Shown here: positions 50,890 to 58,254 of the stretch, piece after piece
How positions within the stretch are numbered: position 1 is the stretch's first letter
Layout of the letters: each line of letters starts with the position of its first letter
NCBI GenBank assembly: GCA_963702845.1
Contig: OY969763.1
Span: 4,384,001 to 4,448,000 of the forward strand
Reading direction: 5' to 3'
DNA: 64,000 nucleotides
Origin: an uncultured Verrucomicrobiae bacterium
GTDB lineage: Bacteria; Verrucomicrobiota; Verrucomicrobiia; Limisphaerales; Palsa-1400
The notes under the pieces: generated by a model
Databases searched by the model: none
Told to the model about the DNA's origin: nothing
What the model saw: only the letters and a program-made list of their open reading frames with translations
Translations under genes and position numbers: made by a program

Positions 50890-50933
50890 GCGAAGTTTGT
50901 AGAGACGAGTTCGAACCAATGCAAGTCGATTGG

Positions 50934-51123
50934 CTACGAGGCTGGCATTCGAAACGAGTACGCGTGGGTCCCCCAAGAAGTTTTCAATTCCAAACGCGCC
51001 GAAATCCTGCAGCGCTTCCTCGATCGCCAACGTATCTACGGAACCGACCATTTCGCGAACAAATACGAACTGCAGGCGCGACGGAATTTGGAACGATCAA
51101 TACGGTTGCTAAGAAATAAATAG
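50934..51123 (+). pseudogene. C-terminal fragment of a predicted HD-superfamily phosphohydrolase (COG4339-like)
   Basis: YEAGIRNEYAWVPQEVFNSKRAEILQRFLDRQRIYGTDHFANKYELQARRNL resembles that family's C-terminus. No N-terminal half or start codon. Confidence 0.75.
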
Positions 51124-51151
51124 TTTGCGCCTCATCCGCGAAGCCACTCCG

Positions 51152-51260
51152 ACATCCCGAAGGGATGACTGAAACATAGCCCGGCACTTCAGTGCCGGGA
51201 CCACCCCCCCAAAACGAAGTTTCACGACAGCGCGACGCAGGAGTTAACAAGTTCACGCCT
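51152..51260. repeat. REP-like double hairpin followed by the third copy of the 40-mer
   Basis: CATCCCgaaGGGATG, CCCGGCACTtcAGTGCCGGG, then the 40-mer at 51209-51248. Confidence 0.82.
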
Positions 51261-51339
51261 GCGGCCTTTCTTAATGGTGTATGGCAGGCAAGCAACACAT
51301 TTAATTTGTCTCTGTCTTGTTCTGTTTTAGCATTCGGGA

Positions 51340-52386
51340 ATGGGTAAAGAAGAACCGCAGCGCCCCAGATCGTGGAAGGAAACGTCAGCCTCATGTAAAG
51401 GACAGCTCTTTCGTTGCTTGTTAGCATTTGAATGGGTTTGCAGGTGGGTCGTGTATGGGTTGAGCAAAGTGACTTTGCTCAAGGTTTTGGAATATTTCGG
51501 AAAGCTGACGTTGCTAACATCGTTAATTCTTTGGATTTATCCCGGCTTTCCGCAACGGAAACAAGCATCTGACGATTCAAAAAAATCTCGTCACTACGTA
51601 GCTTGGCAAACAATTAACTCCGCTATCGGCAAACCTGGGAACGCCGGTCGCAGCGATGCGCTACAGGACCTGAACTGTGATGGTGTGCCTTTGAATGGCA
51701 TTTCGTTAACTGGCGGCGTCGTCTTAATTGGGCCTTTAAATCTTTCAAATGCTCGAATGGAAAGCGCAGATTTTTCGGGGGGACGCTACAACAGGGTAGA
51801 TTTTTCTCGCGCCGAATTGATGATGTCAAAGTGGGAAAACACATTTTGCGAAAGCTGCGATTTTCGAGGGGCGTCTTTTTGGGCTGTCACATTCAGGAAT
51901 TCAAAATTTCTTTGGTGCGATTTCAGTGTTGCTGGTGACGGCAAGAATCAGGCGCAGTCCGTATTATTGCCATATTTCGGAGACTCCCCGACTTCGTTCA
52001 CAATATGTAATTTCGTTGGGACGGCGTTACCAATCGGAGAATTGAAGAATGTCGACTTTGCTCACTGCAATTTTGCCGATGCGGAGTTATGGCAACCTTT
52101 CATTGGAACGAATGCGGCATTTGAATTCTGCAACCTCTACAACGCAAAGACTTCGTCTCCTGAGTTTATAAAATGGGCCTATGGTCAACGGCTCGTTTTT
52201 ACAAACATCACAAGCCTTGATAGGTGGCGGTATTGCGTGACAAACGGTTTGACATATCAGCAGGGAGGGCCGGAATTCATGGAATGGGCGTCAAACCAGT
52301 TCACCACTTACATCAAAACCAACGACGTTAAAGCATGGCTTGACTGGAGTCGCCAAAATCTGCCTACCAAACCAAAAGACGCGTAA
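51340..52386 (+). CDS. Pentapeptide-repeat protein with N-terminal membrane anchor
   Basis: LNLSNARMESADFS, VDFSRAEL, CDFRGASF, CNFADAEL. Confidence 0.8.
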   Translation: MGKEEPQRPRSWKETSASCKGQLFRCLLAFEWVCRWVVYGLSKVTLLKVLEYFGKLTLLTSLILWIYPGFPQRKQASDDSKKSRHYVAWQTINSAIGKPGNAGRSDALQDLNCDGVPLNGISLTGGVVLIGPLNLSNARMESADFSGGRYNRVDFSRAELMMSKWENTFCESCDFRGASFWAVTFRNSKFLWCDFSVAGDGKNQAQSVLLPYFGDSPTSFTICNFVGTALPIGELKNVDFAHCNFADAELWQPFIGTNAAFEFCNLYNAKTSSPEFIKWAYGQRLVFTNITSLDRWRYCVTNGLTYQQGGPEFMEWASNQFTTYIKTNDVKAWLDWSRQNLPTKPKDA

Positions 52387-52389
52387 GTT

Positions 52390-52767
52390 ATGAATGAAAA
52401 TCAAGTTATCGAAACACTGAAACAACACTTGTCTGCTCGCGGGTATGCGTTCGTTAGTGAATGTTGCACGACCAAGCAAGGAATAGATCTTGTTATGCGC
52501 AAGGACAACCAAGAGCTTTGGATTGAAGCAAAAGGCGCAACCGGTGCGCGTAAAGGAAGTAACCGTTTTGGAATGAATTTTAACGACCAACAGTGCAATG
52601 ACCATTACTCACGAGCTTTCTTCAAGGTGTGCCAGATGCGCGACAAATCGAAGGAGACCGGAGAACCGATACGTATCGCAATGGCATTTGCCCATACCAA
52701 GCACTATCAGAAGTATTTCGACCGCACAGACGAAACACGCAAGGAATTAGGAATCGCCGTTTATTGA
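52390..52767 (+). CDS. Small PD-(D/E)xK restriction-endonuclease-like protein
   Basis: MNENQV..L...GY, GIDL, WIEAKG motif. The frame continues 9 codons beyond the TGA. Confidence 0.72.
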   Translation: MNENQVIETLKQHLSARGYAFVSECCTTKQGIDLVMRKDNQELWIEAKGATGARKGSNRFGMNFNDQQCNDHYSRAFFKVCQMRDKSKETGEPIRIAMAFAHTKHYQKYFDRTDETRKELGIAVY

Positions 52768-52834
52768 GTGACGTCCGGAGGAGTGACCGAAGTCTAAGTT
52801 CCAAAAGAAGAGCACTTGAGCGTCCGGCGACTTC

Positions 52835-54070
52835 TTACGAAAGCAGCATTGTGTCGAACTCTTTCGCTGTTGGGATCCTGCCTGAACTCAACACGTGTTC
52901 TCTTAACCGCTGAATACTTTTTTGAACGACCGAGAAAAGCTGGCCCACCTGTTCTGGAGAAATGTCACCGTTGTTTGATGTCGCACCATGAACGATCTTG
53001 TGGCGTTTGTCGAAAAGCTTTCGAACAATGTCGTTAACCCGGAGTCGAGACTCGACACTATCCTCAATAAACTTCGCGCACCTCAGCGCAACCTTGTAGC
53101 CGATTGCGCCCGGCCCGTCGCCAAACAATGCTTCGAGCGCTATCAATAAATCTACGATTTGATCCGCGACGCTAGTCCTTTGAGCCGCTGAATTAACGCG
53201 AGTGATTGCGGTGGATAATGGCGGGCACCTGCCGGCTTTCGGAAGAAATTCGAACATTGTTTGAAGTTCTCTTATGTCGCTTTTGGCTAGCGAGTAGGTC
53301 GGAAGGTGAAGCGCATCGGTACTCATGCCCGAGCCATACTCAACGAAAGGCAATTGACCAGTGCGTTCGCCCCGAACCCACATTGATTGCCAAGTTACGC
53401 AACCAAATTTCACTAGTAGCAGTGCAGCGGTAATGTCATTGAATACCTTTTGAGCTGTGATGTGAATGTCGCACGCGACGTGCCCGGCAGGGACACTTGA
53501 ATGAATCTCCATTATGCACATGTCGAACGACATCGCGGAGATGGGTATCTGGCATCCACCGCCACCGAAATAATCTACTACGTCACCGTCGCTCAGTTTG
53601 CGGATACGCACTGTTGATGTAAGCCAGTGTTCTTCAAAACCCATCGTTAATCCCAACACAACAGCAAAACACATCGCGAGGGAACTTTTCGCCTCTAACG
53701 ATCGGAGGAAGCCGGCCGCTATGGCGTCTGCTTCAGCAGGAGCGAACCCGAGATTCGAAACACGTCTAAAATAATCGGTTGCGATTTTGACGGCAATCAA
53801 TTCAGGCTGGGTCCAGTAGCCAGCAGGCAGGGCGTTGTAGCGAGGATCGGATTGCAGCTCCGACACAAATTTCGCAACGGAGTGGAAACGGAGAGAAGGA
53901 TGATTGAGGATAACACCAAAACTGGGAGCGTTTCCTCCTATGATTTGACAGTTGCCTTCTTTTCTTTCAATTCGGCAATTAGTCCACGCTTGTTGCTCAA
54001 AAGGCATTTTCGCAAACAATTCCGAGGAGAGTTCACGCAAAAAGCTGGTCACTTTCGATTCATCAACCAT
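52835..54070 (-). CDS. HEPN-domain protein (ApeA-like architecture)
   Basis: C-terminal IALEAL...RHKIVHG (E...Rx4H) after a long N-terminal domain. Confidence 0.8.
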   Translation of the reverse strand: MVDESKVTSFLRELSSELFAKMPFEQQAWTNCRIERKEGNCQIIGGNAPSFGVILNHPSLRFHSVAKFVSELQSDPRYNALPAGYWTQPELIAVKIATDYFRRVSNLGFAPAEADAIAAGFLRSLEAKSSLAMCFAVVLGLTMGFEEHWLTSTVRIRKLSDGDVVDYFGGGGCQIPISAMSFDMCIMEIHSSVPAGHVACDIHITAQKVFNDITAALLLVKFGCVTWQSMWVRGERTGQLPFVEYGSGMSTDALHLPTYSLAKSDIRELQTMFEFLPKAGRCPPLSTAITRVNSAAQRTSVADQIVDLLIALEALFGDGPGAIGYKVALRCAKFIEDSVESRLRVNDIVRKLFDKRHKIVHGATSNNGDISPEQVGQLFSVVQKSIQRLREHVLSSGRIPTAKEFDTMLLS

Positions 54071-54121
54071 GAAGTTTAAATATCTCTATGGAGAAGGCCA
54101 GTCCAACACATAACAGAGCCC

Positions 54122-54193
54122 AACTTGACAAGTAGCTACTTCCTCTGCTAAGATTTAGCAGCCAGCCCAAGTCGGCCGGCTAAAAAACCTCGG
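54122..54193 (+). repeat. 72-bp direct repeat copy 1 containing a sigma70 promoter
   Basis: TTGACA-18-TAAGAT with TGn extension. Spacer holds the perfect palindrome AAGTAGCTACTT. Three mismatches against 54974-55045. Confidence 0.9.
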
Positions 54194-54296
54194 TTTAGCC
54201 GGGGCATGCTCTTTGAAGAATGAGCCACGCCACAAGTTTGCGACTTCTATTAGCGAATCGCCGGCAACCCTGCCAACACGCAGATTCCTGCGCCAG

Positions 54297-54854
54297 TTAC
54301 TTATTTAAGAAAATCGACTTACGGATAAGGTCCGTGCGAAGCATAATCGGCTCTTCAAAATCGAGAACGATGTGAGTGACGAGCGTGGAATCTCGGGTTG
54401 GATTAGTTTTGTCATCGATTGTAATCGGGAGAGATGTCGGGTTTAGGTCCCGATGAAAGTCCATGGGAATTCCAACGGTACACTGTAGGACTGCGCTTGC
54501 AAATGCTGGATTGAAAGGAACTCCGCCAGAAACCGACAAATGAATACCTTGGACAGGGGCACTTCCACCATTCCCCAGTGCCTGAACATCTGCTGTGGAA
54601 TTGAAGGTTCCTGCAATAGTCGGAGGAACCATGTAAACTTGGTTTCCCATTTTTACGCTATGCATCGGAGTATACCTGAGGTTGGTTTTCTGTACAATAT
54701 CTGTTTTTACATCTGAACCAGGTCCCGGATCGGTTGGATCGGTATATTCTTCGTGGTACGTGAAACGCAGAGGAACGAACACTCCGTGCAGGGGGTGAAG
54801 CTGCGCTTGAAGCGCAGCGCACTTCTGGAAAACAGATTCAATTGTAAGAGCCAT
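54297..54854 (-). CDS. Hypothetical protein between the 72-bp repeats
   Basis: 185-aa ORF with ATG start and no competing ORF. No recognisable motif. Confidence 0.65.
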   Translation of the reverse strand: MALTIESVFQKCAALQAQLHPLHGVFVPLRFTYHEEYTDPTDPGPGSDVKTDIVQKTNLRYTPMHSVKMGNQVYMVPPTIAGTFNSTADVQALGNGGSAPVQGIHLSVSGGVPFNPAFASAVLQCTVGIPMDFHRDLNPTSLPITIDDKTNPTRDSTLVTHIVLDFEEPIMLRTDLIRKSIFLNK

Positions 54855-54973
54855 AAAAGAAACTTATCTAGTAAACAGACCTAAACTCAAGCAATTTATT
54901 TGACAGTTGTGCCTTCGCTTCCCCGGTTTCTTGAAAGATCCATGATTGCAGTGCCGCCGCTCCACTACGTGCA

Positions 54974-55045
54974 AACTTGACAAGTAGCTACTTCCTTTGC
55001 TAGGATTTAGCAGCCAGCCCAAGTAGGCCGGCTAAAAAACCTCGG
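54974..55045 (+). repeat. 72-bp direct repeat copy 2 containing a sigma70 promoter
   Basis: TTGACA-18-TAGGAT, with boxA-like GCTCTTTGAAAA downstream at 55133-55144. Confidence 0.9.
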
Positions 55046-55160
55046 CGAGGATTGCTTAGCGTGCGAGGCCGACGTTCGGCTTCTGCACTCTGCACTCTGC
55101 ATTCTGACCTCTGCATTTGAGAACCGAGGCGCGCTCTTTGAAAACTTGCAACGAAAGTCA

Positions 55161-55380
55161 TGACCCTTTGCGACCAATAGCGACGACTAACGACGAGATA
55201 CGACCAATAAGAAGGGGGATAGCCCCGGGTGGGGGGGGCTACTTCGCAGAAACATGGAGAAACTTCGGAGAAACAAATAACGTTAAAGAGTTTCTCCGAA
55301 GTTTCTCCAACCCTTCTCGGATGTTTCTCCATGTTTCTCCAAAGAGAAACAATGGGAAGGAATGTGCCACAATGGGAAAC
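55161..55380. repeat. Phased CGAC and GAAAC arrays with a 20-bp perfect inverted repeat
   Basis: CGAC at 55171/81/91/201. TGGAGAAACTTCGGAGAAAC (55255-55274) pairs with 55290-55309. Confidence 0.85.
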
Positions 55381-55396
55381 ATTTTTGAATTTTGAT

Positions 55397-55486
55397 GCGA
55401 GGCCGACGTTCGGCGCGAGGCCGACGTTCGGCGCGAGGCCGACGTTCGGCGCGAGGCCGACGTTGGTTGCGAGGCCGACGTTCGGC
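55397..55486. repeat. 18-bp tandem repeat x5 (solo copy at 55063-55080)
   Basis: GCGAGGCCGACGTTCGGC units; the fourth copy ends in GGTT. Confidence 0.95.
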
Positions 55487-55487
55487 A

Positions 55488-56741
55488 TTAAGGCTTCTGG
55501 AGTCGTTTCGCAACGTTCTCAGCGTCGTGCAAGACGCGCAGAATGTTGAGGCCAGCGATTTTCTTGATGTCCTCTTCCGAATGCCCACGCGCCATCAATT
55601 CCGCCAACAACGCCGGATACGTCGAAACATCCTGCAACCCAACCGGCGGCCCGTCGAACCCTTCAAAATCCGATCCAATCCCCACATGATCCACGCCCGC
55701 CACTTTGCAAATGTGATCAATGTGATTGGCAACGTCACCGATCGTTGCGTGATTTGGTTCCGGGTTGGCTTTGCGCCATTCAGCCAGGGCGGCGTCGAGT
55801 TTGTCTTCGTCTTTAATCGTTTCCTGCAGGCGCTTTTTCTCTTGGTGTTCGGCGCGGTACCAATCGCGATTGGAATCGATCAAATACTCCGGATAAAAAT
55901 TCACCATCATGATGCCGTTATTCGCCGCCAGTAACTTCAGCACATCATCTGAAGCGTTCCGAACATGATCGCAAAGCGCGCGCGCGTTCGAATGTGAAAA
56001 CATCACCGGCGCCTTCGAAACTTTCAGCGCGGCCTTCATCGTGTCTTCGGACACATGCGAAATATCGACGAGCATCCCCAAACGATTCATCTCGTGCACG
56101 ACCTCCTCACCAAACGGAGTCAGCCCATGATGCAGCGGCTTGTCCGTCGCCGCATCCGCCCAATCGATATTCTTCGTGTGTGTCAGCGTCATATAACGCG
56201 CACCGAGCTGATACGTGAGACGCAACGTCGCCAGCGAATTATTGATCGAGTGTCCGCCTTCCATTCCAATCAGTGACGCGATTTTGCCTTTGCGATGAAT
56301 CCGCTCCACGTCATCAGCCGTGAGCGCCAACTCCAATTGCTCCGGATACTTCGCCACCAACCGATGCACCACATCGATCTGCTCCAGCACCGCCTGCACC
56401 GCCGTGGGGCCGTTCAGTTCCGGCGGAATATAAACCGACCAAAACTGTCCGCCCAACCCACCGGCGCGCAGCCTTGGAAAATCCGTCACCAACTCCGCTG
56501 CCGTCGTATCCTTCGTCAGATCGATCGTGCTGATATCCACTCGCTCGAGCGCATTGCTGTGCTTGCGAAATTGCCACGGCAAATCATTATGCCCATCGAT
56601 CAGCGGCACCTCTTTCAAAATTTCGTGGACCCTCGCGATAATTTTGGGATCACTCATGTGAGTAGAAGCAGAAGGTTGCTCCGCCTTGGCGCACGACAAC
56701 GCCAAAGCCAGCACAGGAATCAACAAAAAGCGCATCGCCAC
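55488..56741 (-). CDS. M19 membrane dipeptidase, probable lipoprotein
   Basis: IDGHND, GMEGGH, MTLTH, VDISH, FSHS, GIGSDF and lipobox ALSC. Confidence 0.93.
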   Translation of the reverse strand: MAMRFLLIPVLALALSCAKAEQPSASTHMSDPKIIARVHEILKEVPLIDGHNDLPWQFRKHSNALERVDISTIDLTKDTTAAELVTDFPRLRAGGLGGQFWSVYIPPELNGPTAVQAVLEQIDVVHRLVAKYPEQLELALTADDVERIHRKGKIASLIGMEGGHSINNSLATLRLTYQLGARYMTLTHTKNIDWADAATDKPLHHGLTPFGEEVVHEMNRLGMLVDISHVSEDTMKAALKVSKAPVMFSHSNARALCDHVRNASDDVLKLLAANNGIMMVNFYPEYLIDSNRDWYRAEHQEKKRLQETIKDEDKLDAALAEWRKANPEPNHATIGDVANHIDHICKVAGVDHVGIGSDFEGFDGPPVGLQDVSTYPALLAELMARGHSEEDIKKIAGLNILRVLHDAENVAKRLQKP

Positions 56742-56823
56742 ATAGTGCCCACGGCAGCCAAAGTGACGAGTCTCAAATTTTAAAACGACTTCGTAGCAGC
56801 CGATGTAAGGGGGCTCTAACTTA

Positions 56824-57375
56824 CTACTTCGCTGCCATCATTCCGCTCTTGCGCGCAAAATCAAACAGACCGCCCGCATCCACCACTTCGCGCACATCGC
56901 CGAGCGGTTTGAACAAATACGTCTTACCAGTCGCCTCGACCGTCACCGAATTTTTGTCGAGATCGACCGTCACCACATCACCCGTTTTCAAAACATCACA
57001 AAGCCGATCGGCACATTCGCACGGATAAAGCTCGCCCGTCGCAACACAGTTCCGAAAGAAAATGCGCGCGAAACTTTCCGCTAAAACCAGCCTGCAACCC
57101 GCCGCACCCATCGCGATCGGCGCATGTTCACGCGAACTGCCGCAGCCAAAATTCCGTCCGCCGACCACAATCGTATATTCCGTTTCCATCTGGCCTTCTT
57201 TGACATAGCGCGTGGGATAAAGCGAATCCGGCAACCCGGCCAGTGCATAACTGCCGAGCTTCTTATATTCTTCGGGCATCGTCGGCACCAGGTTGAGATA
57301 CTGCGCTGAGATGATCTGGTCCGTATCGATATTGTCGCGAACGACGTAAACAGGCCCGGTAAAAACACTTTGCAT
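56824..57375 (-). CDS. leuD: 3-isopropylmalate dehydratase small subunit
   Basis: [29 protein letters not shown]. Confidence 0.88.
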   Translation of the reverse strand: MQSVFTGPVYVVRDNIDTDQIISAQYLNLVPTMPEEYKKLGSYALAGLPDSLYPTRYVKEGQMETEYTIVVGGRNFGCGSSREHAPIAMGAAGCRLVLAESFARIFFRNCVATGELYPCECADRLCDVLKTGDVVTVDLDKNSVTVEATGKTYLFKPLGDVREVVDAGGLFDFARKSGMMAAK

Positions 57376-57587
57376 CCCGCCAATTTGAATCCACCGCACC
57401 CGCTTTTCAAGAATTTACGATCCGATCCGCATCGACGTTTCCGTCATAAATAAACTTTGAAATGTCAGGTTGGTTAAAGATTCCGCTATACGGTTGCCAC
57501 TTCGGCGTATTGATCCAAGCTAAGAGGTGTTTACCGTAGAAGCACGCAATTGAGGCAGAGCAGATCCGCGGGAATTGTACAAAAAAA

Positions 57588-57664
57588 TGGAGCGAGCGAA
57601 GGGATTCGAACCCTCGACATTCACCTTGGCAAGGTGACGCTCTACCAGACTGAGCTACGCTCGC
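57588..57664 (-). tRNA. tRNA-Gly (GCC)
   Basis: GCGAGCG acceptor stem, D arm AGCTCAGTCTGGTAGAGC, anticodon arm TCACC-TTGCCAA-GGTGA, GGTTCGAATCC and encoded CCA. Confidence 0.97.
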
Positions 57665-57723
57665 TTCCGTCAGGCTCAAAAATTAACTGAAACGAACTCG
57701 AATGCAAGCGCGGATTTCAACCA

Positions 57724-58254
57724 TCATTTATGATGATGGTGATGGTGGTGATGAAAGAGGCGGGCGCGGTTTTGGTAAAGATACCACACGATCAAAACGT
57801 TGCAGATCATCACGACGAACAAATACCACGAAAAGTTTTTGATGAGTTCGCGGCACTCAATCGGAATGAAAAATGCCGATTCGCCGATGGACAGCCAACC
57901 GGCCCAAGTCGCACGAAAGGCCAGGCCCGTGCCCTCGACTAACGAGAACAGGCTATAAATCAATGTGCCGACCGCAGCATGCAGCATCTGAATCTCGGTA
58001 ACATTCGATACCTTCTCGGCGAGCATTTGCCAGAAGCGGTTACCGGGATGGATTCGCAATAAATCCATCAAGTGTTGGAATTCCTGAGGAAGGTTATTGT
58101 CCGACAGGCAATAGACCACGATCGCCATCGTCGTGAACAACGCGCCTTTGAGCAGCTTGAATATAATAATCAGATAGAGAGTCGGGGCGCGCTTTAGCGG
58201 CTCTTCGACTTCCTCCTGGTCGATGGCGACCGGCTTTTTTTCTTCCAAAGGCAT
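57724..58254 (-). CDS. DUF2127-like membrane protein with C-terminal His7
   Basis: FKLLKG, YSLFSLVEGTGL..WAGWL, FIPIE, NVLIVWYL. Confidence 0.78.
   Translation of the reverse strand: MPLEEKKPVAIDQEEVEEPLKRAPTLYLIIIFKLLKGALFTTMAIVVYCLSDNNLPQEFQHLMDLLRIHPGNRFWQMLAEKVSNVTEIQMLHAAVGTLIYSLFSLVEGTGLAFRATWAGWLSIGESAFFIPIECRELIKNFSWYLFVVMICNVLIVWYLYQNRARLFHHHHHHHHK

Noticed and set aside
49542..51248. CRISPR array from the three 40-bp repeats
   Set aside because: Spacings are 218 and 1449 bp, the intervening DNA is itself repetitive or genic, and there are no cas genes in the window.
54977..55145. Remnant rRNA operon leader
   Set aside because: Promoter plus boxA resemble rrn leaders, but no rRNA or tRNA sequence follows any copy.
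55397..55486. CRISPR array, or a PNVGLA-repeat protein (ORF 55000-55488), from the 18-bp repeats
   Set aside because: Units are head-to-tail with no spacers. The ORFs here are by-products of repeats and overlap a promoter and boxA.
49240..55487. Integron cassette array, prophage or tRNA-anchored island
   Set aside because: No integrase or phage genes, no convincing RYYYAAC..GTTRRRY attC pairs, and no duplicated tRNA-Gly 3' end seen.
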